From Polyangiaceae bacterium (GTDB taxonomy: Bacteria; Myxococcota_A; Polyangia; Polyangiales; Polyangiaceae): DNA of 64,000 bases. The DNA lies in assembly GCA_033763455.1 (NCBI GenBank), contig JANRKO010000045.1, positions 32,001-96,000 on the forward strand, in the 5' to 3' direction. The notes below the pieces were generated by a model that saw nothing but the letters and a program-made list of their open reading frames with translations, searched no databases and was not told where the DNA came from. The position numbers and the translations under genes were made by a program. This document shows, piece by piece, positions 57,039 to 64,000 of the stretch (the stretch's first letter is position 1; each line of letters opens with the position of its first letter).

Positions 57039-58757
57039 ATGCACTTGGAATTCACGTATCACACACACGCCCTTCTTGGCGCATTACTCGTGCTGACGGG
57101 CTGTTCAAGCGAAGTACGTCGCGAACCACCATCCCCTGCTTCCCCAATGAGCACTCTCGCGTCCTCGGGTGGCAATGGCAGTCAGCCGCCGCAGGGTACA
57201 GGAGGCTCCGCCGGGTTGAACGCGTCCAGCGGGGGAACCAGCGCCGGACCCCCTCCCACAACTATCCGAGCTGGGGCCTGTGAGGTTGCGCTTCCAGCCC
57301 GGCGCCTTCGGCGACTAGCTAACGCTCAAATGGAGCAAGCCATTGCCGACTTACTCGGGCCAGCCTCCAGGCCTAGTATTACGGCGGGAGCACGGAGTAC
57401 ACGTCCTCTCTTTGACGACCCGGATGCGCCGGTGAGCACATCGCTTCTGGCTCAGCTGCATTCAGAGAGCGAACGCATTGGGGGAGAAATAGCAAATGGC
57501 AAGTTCACATCTCTTACTGGATGCAACGAAACCGCACTGATCGATACGTGTGTGAGTGGGTTTATTGCTCGCCTAGGGGAACGCGCCTTTCGAAGGCCGC
57601 TTAGCGCCTTGGAGTTGCAGGAGCTCTCCGCTGTCTTTAACGAAGGTGGCATGGACGGTGCGGGAGCAGCCCTTGAGCTTCTGCTGCGTGCCGTGTTCAC
57701 TGCGCCATCCTTTGTCTGGGTGACGGAATTTGGCACTCAAGTTCCTGGGTCGAATCGTGCGGAACTCACGCCTCACGAAGTGGCGGCGCAGCTGGGCCTA
57801 TCGCTTCTTGATTCTGTACCCGACGATGCCCTCTTGGCAGCAGCAGAAAGCGGAGCTCTTTCGACCGAGGTAGGCTTACGCGCCCAGGTGGATCGCTTGC
57901 TTTCAGAACCGGTAGTTCAAGCGGGCCTTACGGCGGTTTTTCGTCGTGCGTTCATGCTCGAAGATATTGCTATCGCAGAAAAAGACCAAGCCAAGTATCC
58001 GGAGTTTGGCAGTGTGCTGCGATCGGCCTTCGCAGAGGAAGCGAGGCTGTTTATTGAACACCAGGTTTGGGGGAGCAGCGGAACCCCCACTTCACTTCTC
58101 ACCACTCAATCAAGTTTTGGAAATCAGGCTCTTGCCGACTTCTATGGAGCGAGTCGCAACGGCCCGGCAGAGGCTTTTGTGCCTATGCAACTGCCCGCCG
58201 AACGCTCGGGGCTGCTAACCCTCGGCAGCGTGCTTGCAGCGCGAGCTACCGCGGTGGACACGTCAGTCGTTCGCAGGGGATTGTTTGTGCGCAGGGCACT
58301 CGCGTGCCTCGATGAGGTGCCCTCGCCATCTCCGGCCCTAGCGGGCCAAATAGCTACCCAAACGGCGAACTACACCACGGAGCGCGACAGGGCTGCCGCA
58401 CGCGCTAGCTCAAGCACGTGCGGACCGTGCCACACGACGTTCGATGGCTTTGGTCTCGTCCTGGAGGGGTTCGATTCGATCGGTAGGTTTCGGCGCGCAG
58501 AGCAACAGCCCGTGCCCCTTGCTTTTGGAGGAGCGCTCACCGCAGACTTCACCGGAGCGCCAGATCTTGCGCAACGCCTTGCGTCGGGCGGGCGCTTTGC
58601 GAGCTGTGTCAGTCGCGAACTCCTGAGCTACCTGGTTGCGGCTCCGGCTACGTCGGCTTGTGAGGCGCCCGCAACTGAGGCCTCGCTTGCGGATACACTT
58701 CGAACCTTACTTGCATCCAACGCGATGCGTGAACGCTCGCTCGGAGGTTCTCAATGA
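57039..58757 (+). CDS. DUF1592-family (PSD/PSCyt) domain lipoprotein with CxxCH (copy 3)
   Basis: LRRL, AFRRPL, ERSGLLT, TSVVRRG and CGPCH..FDGFGL.LEGFDSIGRFR. Lipobox LTGC. Confidence 0.88.
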   Translation: MHLEFTYHTHALLGALLVLTGCSSEVRREPPSPASPMSTLASSGGNGSQPPQGTGGSAGLNASSGGTSAGPPPTTIRAGACEVALPARRLRRLANAQMEQAIADLLGPASRPSITAGARSTRPLFDDPDAPVSTSLLAQLHSESERIGGEIANGKFTSLTGCNETALIDTCVSGFIARLGERAFRRPLSALELQELSAVFNEGGMDGAGAALELLLRAVFTAPSFVWVTEFGTQVPGSNRAELTPHEVAAQLGLSLLDSVPDDALLAAAESGALSTEVGLRAQVDRLLSEPVVQAGLTAVFRRAFMLEDIAIAEKDQAKYPEFGSVLRSAFAEEARLFIEHQVWGSSGTPTSLLTTQSSFGNQALADFYGASRNGPAEAFVPMQLPAERSGLLTLGSVLAARATAVDTSVVRRGLFVRRALACLDEVPSPSPALAGQIATQTANYTTERDRAAARASSSTCGPCHTTFDGFGLVLEGFDSIGRFRRAEQQPVPLAFGGALTADFTGAPDLAQRLASGGRFASCVSRELLSYLVAAPATSACEAPATEASLADTLRTLLASNAMRERSLGGSQ

Positions 58758-60118
58758 CACACTCTCGAAATCTGACGCGGCGCGCGTTGCTGGCATCGCT
58801 TGGTGCAGGTTCCGCACTTTACGGGCTTTTCACTTCGATGGAGTCCGCAGCGCAGGGCAGCACGGCCAAGCGCCTGCTCGTCTTGGCTCACCCTATTGGC
58901 TCGGTCCGCCCGAGTTGGCTCCCGGTAACAACTGCGGGAAATCTCACGCTCAGCCCTATCCTTGCCCCGTTCGAGCCAGTGAAGCGCAACATGGTCGTTC
59001 TCGATGGGCTCGACCTCGTGGGGGATGGCGGTGGCGGCCTCCACGAATCGGGCACTGTGCTCATCGGAACCGGCTCACCGACGATCGCCAAGCAGCAGGG
59101 TGCGGGTGGCTCAGATGATTGCGCGCCTACGGCACCCTCAATGGATCAAATCCTGTTGAACAAATCCCCATTTCTCGGGGGACGTCCGGTGGGTTCACTC
59201 CAGCTCGCCGCGGACAATCGCGTTGAAGATCAGGGAATTTCTTGTGCTGTTCTTTCCTACCGCAGCCCCACAGATTACCTTTACCCAGAGCTTGATCCGA
59301 ACAAGGTCTACCAACAAGTGTTTGGCAACGTAATGCCAGGAGGGCCATCGCCCAGCAATATGGCTGCCCTAGCGCGCGCGCGGGCTCGACAGCAAAGCGT
59401 GCTGGATTTCTCAAAGCGTGATCTCGCTCGTTTAGAGCAGGCCGCACCCGCAAGCGAAAAGGTGAAGATAGATGCCTTCGCGACTGCGATTCGCGAACTA
59501 GAAACCACCTTTGATGCGCAGGCCAACCCCGGAGGAAGCGGTTCTGCGTGCCAACCGGGTATGGCTCCAGCACCATTCACACCGAACGTGAGTGAGTCCC
59601 ACGGCGCAGTGGGCCAGGCCCTCCTAGCAATCATCCGGACGGCGTTCGCGTGCGATCTCACCCGCGTAGCCAGCTTCTTGTGGGCTCCTGGCACCAGCGT
59701 AGTTACCTTCTCCGGCCTCTTTCCCGGCATGGAGACGGTTGCACATCACCCACACAGTCACGCGGGGGACAGAGCGATTCCAGAACTGACGGCTATTGAC
59801 ACGTGGTATTCGGAACAAACCTCCCTCTTTCTCCAGTCGTTGGCGCAGACACCGGACGGTACAGGTACTCTTCTAGACAACACGCTGGTGCTTTACGTCA
59901 CTGAGGTGGCCAGGGCAAATCACAGCTTTGAACAGCTCCCGATCGTCGTGTTCGGTGGCCCAGGGGTGGGCATTCGGCAGGCGGGCCGTATGGTTCAATA
60001 CCAACCACGTCCTTTCAACGATCTCTGGCTGGCCGTGGCGAATCAGTTCGGCGTGCCAATGGCTTCCCTCGGGTCAGCCCAACAGTGGAGTGGTCCGCTA
60101 CCGAACCTCTTCGCCTAG
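58754..60118 (+). CDS. DUF1552 family protein with Tat-type leader (copy 3)
   Basis: TRRALLASLG, LSPILAPF, PSMDQ, SVLD, AFACDLTRVA, HHPHSH and GTLLDNT. 4-bp overlap with the upstream gene. Confidence 0.88.
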   Translation: MTHSRNLTRRALLASLGAGSALYGLFTSMESAAQGSTAKRLLVLAHPIGSVRPSWLPVTTAGNLTLSPILAPFEPVKRNMVVLDGLDLVGDGGGGLHESGTVLIGTGSPTIAKQQGAGGSDDCAPTAPSMDQILLNKSPFLGGRPVGSLQLAADNRVEDQGISCAVLSYRSPTDYLYPELDPNKVYQQVFGNVMPGGPSPSNMAALARARARQQSVLDFSKRDLARLEQAAPASEKVKIDAFATAIRELETTFDAQANPGGSGSACQPGMAPAPFTPNVSESHGAVGQALLAIIRTAFACDLTRVASFLWAPGTSVVTFSGLFPGMETVAHHPHSHAGDRAIPELTAIDTWYSEQTSLFLQSLAQTPDGTGTLLDNTLVLYVTEVARANHSFEQLPIVVFGGPGVGIRQAGRMVQYQPRPFNDLWLAVANQFGVPMASLGSAQQWSGPLPNLFA

Positions 60119-60242
60119 TAGCGCCAATCAGCCGCCACCAAAATGTTGCGCTCACGGGCAGCTTCCGGGCGCATTCTCTCAAGACGATAATTTTTCTGAA
60201 TAGGATCAGAAAACTCGGAGCGTTCAGGCATGCAACCCGGAG

Positions 60243-61709
60243 ATGACTGCGCCAGCTCCATCCATCACACTTGGGTTGCTTTGTTGTTCCCTCCTCGCGC
60301 TGCCGCAGTGTTCCAACGCGGCCACTGAGCGAAAGGATCTTCCGAATGCTCCCCCTCTAGTAGGAAGTTCAGCCCCCAGCGCGCATAGCGCATCCGCATC
60401 CATGCCCTCCACTTCGGTGGCACCTACCGCTCCCTCAACACTCCCACAGACGGGCCAGGGAGGAGCTACTCCGTCGCTGCCGACAGCCACCGTACCGCCC
60501 AACGATCAAACACCAGCCACGGTGCTGCCCTTCGGGGAAACTGGAAGCAATCCTGGGGGCGCATGCGCCGGCATCGTGGTGGAAGAAAAGTTCGTCCCTC
60601 TTTGCCCTCAAGGAAACTGTAGCGGTCCGCGCGTGGGCGATCCCGGGTCGGTCTTCGCGCCCGAATTAGCCTCAGCAGATTATCCCTTTAGCCTCGAAAC
60701 CACTTCGGGTGGCAACTGCGACGAACCTGAAGGGTGGGCGCGCGCAGGGGTCGAGGGAGGCATTCCTGAGTTAGGTGCGGCCTCCATGACCGCGGGCCCG
60801 GGTGATGATCTACAGGCTGCACTCAATTCCTTGGCCCAGCCCGTAGCAACCACTCCGCGCATCTTGCTCCTACGGAACGGGTGCTACGAGCTCGGCTCAG
60901 TTCCAGAGGGAGACGCTCTCCTCACCGTACCAACAGGTGTGGTGCTGCGCGGCGAGTCGCGCGATGGTGTGGTGCTTAGCTTCAACGTAGCTGACGGCAC
61001 TGGAAAGAGCTCGATACGCGTGAATGGCGGCGCCGGCCTTGAGAACCTGACCGTCACCAACGCGTTCGTCCTGCGCCAGCCCGAAGAGGCCTACGTCGGC
61101 CGCCTTGAGTCCGGCGACAAGTCTTTTAGCGGCAACTACCCGGACTTACCCGGTAAGCTCGCGGGCGTCGCCCTCTCGGGGAAAAACGCCTGGATGCAAC
61201 ACACACACATCTACAAGACGGGCACCAATCCCGTAAGTACGTGGGGCTGCAACCACTGCACTCTGCGCGATAACATTGTTGAGAAAAGCTACAACAAAGG
61301 GGTCGATGGCAACGGTTATTACTATATCGGAGCCACAACCAACTCACTCTTTTACCACGAAAGCGTGAGCGATATTCGCCACTTTGCCTTCAACACACTC
61401 GGTTCGAAGAACTGCAACAACGTGATTCTTTCCCTCTACACCGAAGTTGATATCAACTACCACTCTGATCAAATCGCCCGCACGCTCGTCGAGAACGTCG
61501 TCTCGAATGTGCCTGCAAGCCATTATTGGGGGCGAGAAGAAGCGTTCGGATTCAACGGCAAAGGCATGAACTCATCCAACCTTCACTACAAGATTAACAA
61601 ATTTCCCGATCTGCAAGTGTATCGATTTACATCAGACGGGCAGAAGCACCCGCTGGATGTTCCTCCGCCCGCATCGGGAACGCTGTATCCCGTTAGCGGT
61701 TGGCGCTAG
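60243..61709 (+). CDS. right-handed beta-helix (pectate-lyase-3-like) lipoprotein
   Basis: WARAGVEGGIP, DLQAALN, LL.NG.Y and GVVLRGE, followed by Asn-rich beta-coil repeats. Ser/Pro/Thr linker after LPQC. Confidence 0.7.
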   Translation: MTAPAPSITLGLLCCSLLALPQCSNAATERKDLPNAPPLVGSSAPSAHSASASMPSTSVAPTAPSTLPQTGQGGATPSLPTATVPPNDQTPATVLPFGETGSNPGGACAGIVVEEKFVPLCPQGNCSGPRVGDPGSVFAPELASADYPFSLETTSGGNCDEPEGWARAGVEGGIPELGAASMTAGPGDDLQAALNSLAQPVATTPRILLLRNGCYELGSVPEGDALLTVPTGVVLRGESRDGVVLSFNVADGTGKSSIRVNGGAGLENLTVTNAFVLRQPEEAYVGRLESGDKSFSGNYPDLPGKLAGVALSGKNAWMQHTHIYKTGTNPVSTWGCNHCTLRDNIVEKSYNKGVDGNGYYYIGATTNSLFYHESVSDIRHFAFNTLGSKNCNNVILSLYTEVDINYHSDQIARTLVENVVSNVPASHYWGREEAFGFNGKGMNSSNLHYKINKFPDLQVYRFTSDGQKHPLDVPPPASGTLYPVSGWR

Positions 61710-62256
61710 GCGCTGCGACGCTGCCGATGGCTCAACGCTATCTTGAGATACCGTAAAACCTTCCGCCTGAACCAAGCTTCACGCACTCCGGATGCACTCC
61801 GCCAATTGCCCGATCGCCACGCTGGGAGCGCGTCAAGTCAATTCTGGTTGATCGCGCCTTTCCGCGGCCGCCGCCATTGCCATTGCTTTATCCCCACGAC
61901 TCAAGGCCTACACCCTGAGTCCTGACGCCCCAAAGGCCGCCAGAATTCGTTCTCTCTCTTCAGCCGTGTGTGGTGTTTTGTATCCCGCGACCTTTGCAGC
62001 TCGGCAACCCTACGGAAGATGGGCCCTATTACAACGAGTGCCGAACGTTCCGTAGCCGACGTAGCATCCTGAAACATGTAAGAAATCTAGAACTGCGACT
62101 GCCTCGACGCTCACCGATCAACAGACGCATAGCCGTTGAGTCTCACAAATACAAGTTACCATTTCACATGACACACACTCGTGCCATTGACGCGAGGGAT
62201 TCGCGACCGATAAATACGGGACCACAATAGGACTTACACACACTAAGGAACTGGCG

Positions 62257-64000
62257 ATGAAACTTGTACTGACCAAGCACCTGCGCTCCTGTTGGCAATC
62301 GACTGCCGGCGCGATGTTCTCTTTATTCCTCTCAACTCAGCTTGGCGGCTGTGGACCTTCGACCGAAGACGTGGAAAACACACAGGAAATAAAGCAAGCA
62401 GCAACGCTCGTTCCGAACCAACCCGTCCAATCCCGAGCCGTGTGGACTGCCTCCGGGCCAAACTCCTCCGGGAACCTGTACTACCTTAACAACAACTTCT
62501 CTGCTGCAAACAACCCCATCCTGGGGCAGATTAACGCGTTTACGGACGGGCGCTTAGGGGGGGCAGTCGAGTTCTCTGCACTGAACGGCGCCGTACTCCG
62601 CACCTTCAACAACACCGGGGCAGACGGAGCAAAGGGCATGGCCTACCTGAACGGCTATTACTTCGTAACAGGCGATGACCGCCAGGGCATTCGAAGGATC
62701 AACGCCGACTTCACGAATCCCACGCCCTACCGTGGTGGAACTGCGGAGTCTATCACCACCGACGGGACATATCTCTATGCAAACGATGACATCAATCGCG
62801 GTGTTGTTCACAAGTATGCCGTTACGAATGGCTCCACGGATTTTACACTCCAAGAGGTGGGCGCGTGGAATGTCGGTGGGCGAGTGCGGGGGCTCTCGCA
62901 CTTCGATTGGGGCAACGGCAGCCCGGGTGCAATCCATGTTTCTTCTGGAGGTGAAGCTGGAACGTCACGAGCGCTATTCTATTTGCCCGTCAACCAATTC
63001 CCACTTCCGCAACCTTCCTATCCGCCCACGGTACCTCAACCACCGAACGGCCTGCTTGCTCCGGGCACTTCCTCTGTCTATCAGGTTACACCCGCGAGGG
63101 GCGTGGGAGGGCAGAGCTTACTCTATGTGGCCACGGGTGATCGGATCTACGTTTGGCAATATGCAGGGCCCAATACCGTGACATCGACACTTCCTATCAT
63201 CACGCTTGCGGGTGTGAATGCGCAACCCGGCGAAGTGCAGTTGCAAGATCAGAGCGGAACGCCACTGGAAGTAGATCCAAGCCTTGGAGCTTTCTTTGGG
63301 TTGGGGTCGGATGCCACGAAGCTCTACGTAGTTCACGGGGATCGAATCTCGGCCTTTTCTAAGATTCGAATGAACGCCGCACCCGCCCTCAGTCCGATCA
63401 CGGCTTCTGTTTTTTCCTCAGACGGAAAAAGAATTGCTGCCAGCGTCACTGCAACGGACGATCTAGGCGAGCCGAATGTTACGTACAGGTGGTCACTCGT
63501 CTCGGCGCCAAGTGGCGGGACAGCAACTTTCACACCCAATGGTTCCAACGGCGCGAAAGTTACCACCGTCGCCTTTTCAAAGCTCGGCAGCTACACGCTT
63601 CAAGCAATTGGCGAGGACAGCGAAGGTCTGAGTTCCGCGCCGGCGACAACCACAGTTGTTGTCAGCCAGAAGCTGAGTAGCGTGGTCGTTACGCCAGCGA
63701 CAGTTAGCCTCGCGGTGAATTCAACCACGGCCCTCGCGGCGGTGGGTCAGGACCAGTTCCAAGGCGCAATGCCCCTTGGCGCCGTCACTTGGTCCGTCGA
63801 CGCGGGTGGAGTCGGCACAATATCTGCGGCCGGCGTGTACACGGCTCCCTCTTCAGCGGGAACCGCCGTGGTGCGAGCCACCTCAGGCGGCGTTGCAGGT
63901 ACCGCGAACGTCACGGTTACAGGTGCAAGCTCTGACGGAACACCCTACGGTGGGACCGCACCTGTCATTGCTTCCTCAGGCACAACGCGGATTGAGGCGG
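62257..64000 (+). CDS. large modular lipoprotein (propeller-like N-domain, PKD/Ig-like domains, start of a CBM6-like module), 3'-truncated by window edge
   Basis: Manually translated with no stop from ATG 62257 (AAGGA upstream) to the window end. Contains MKLVLTKH...LGGC, ATDD.GE..VTY.W, VVVTPATVSL...VTWS...GVYTAP and TPYGG...RIEA. Confidence 0.85.
   Translation, partial: MKLVLTKHLRSCWQSTAGAMFSLFLSTQLGGCGPSTEDVENTQEIKQAATLVPNQPVQSRAVWTASGPNSSGNLYYLNNNFSAANNPILGQINAFTDGRLGGAVEFSALNGAVLRTFNNTGADGAKGMAYLNGYYFVTGDDRQGIRRINADFTNPTPYRGGTAESITTDGTYLYANDDINRGVVHKYAVTNGSTDFTLQEVGAWNVGGRVRGLSHFDWGNGSPGAIHVSSGGEAGTSRALFYLPVNQFPLPQPSYPPTVPQPPNGLLAPGTSSVYQVTPARGVGGQSLLYVATGDRIYVWQYAGPNTVTSTLPIITLAGVNAQPGEVQLQDQSGTPLEVDPSLGAFFGLGSDATKLYVVHGDRISAFSKIRMNAAPALSPITASVFSSDGKRIAASVTATDDLGEPNVTYRWSLVSAPSGGTATFTPNGSNGAKVTTVAFSKLGSYTLQAIGEDSEGLSSAPATTTVVVSQKLSSVVVTPATVSLAVNSTTALAAVGQDQFQGAMPLGAVTWSVDAGGVGTISAAGVYTAPSSAGTAVVRATSGGVAGTANVTVTGASSDGTPYGGTAPVIASSGTTRIEA

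Larger units (their letters stand above)
44140..64000. mobile_element. putative tmRNA-integrated genomic island (left junction at ssrA 3' end, right boundary not seen)
   Basis: Integrase and excisionase-like gene directly after ssrA, followed by accessory cargo. No duplicate of the ssrA 3' end was found, so the extent beyond about 48 kb is inferred. Confidence 0.6.

Noticed and set aside
61710..62256. Long, AT-richer intergenic region as an ncRNA or attR
   Set aside because: No ssrA-like repeat, recognisable RNA motif or convincing ORF was seen. Probably the promoter region of the 62257 gene.
62554..63680. Short ORFs in the track near the right edge
   Set aside because: Off-frame or antisense to the long open frame starting at 62257.

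Overview
GC-rich bacterial chromosome window, most likely Myxococcota (Polyangia-like). This is inferred from a TIGR04563-type small protein, many Cys/Gly/Pro-rich lipoproteins, RCC1 proteins and DUF1592/DUF1552 pairs. Positions 1-43.6 kb are mostly core and accessory genes: fused 2-oxoacid dehydrogenase E1, an M16 protease pair, signalling proteins, an ECF sigma factor, SlyD, a lectin/RCC1 cluster, CtpA, GlpA/GlpB-like proteins, DUF4178 with a degenerate SpeE, phospholipid genes, purEK, SCO, a K+ channel, and a COG1672-type ATPase-nuclease preceded by a 15-bp repeat array. A tmRNA gene (ssrA, about 43823-44168, tag ANDNALALAA) is the apparent integration site of a tyrosine-integrase element, and the integrase ORF reads through the junction into the antisense of the tmRNA 3' end. 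Downstream are three copies of a module made of a DUF1592-family CxxCH lipoprotein, a Tat-type DUF1552 protein and a different glycan-related lipoprotein each time. A large Ig/CBM lipoprotein, absent from the ORF track, runs off the right edge. No attR was found in the window. All family assignments come from motif recognition by eye, not from database searches.
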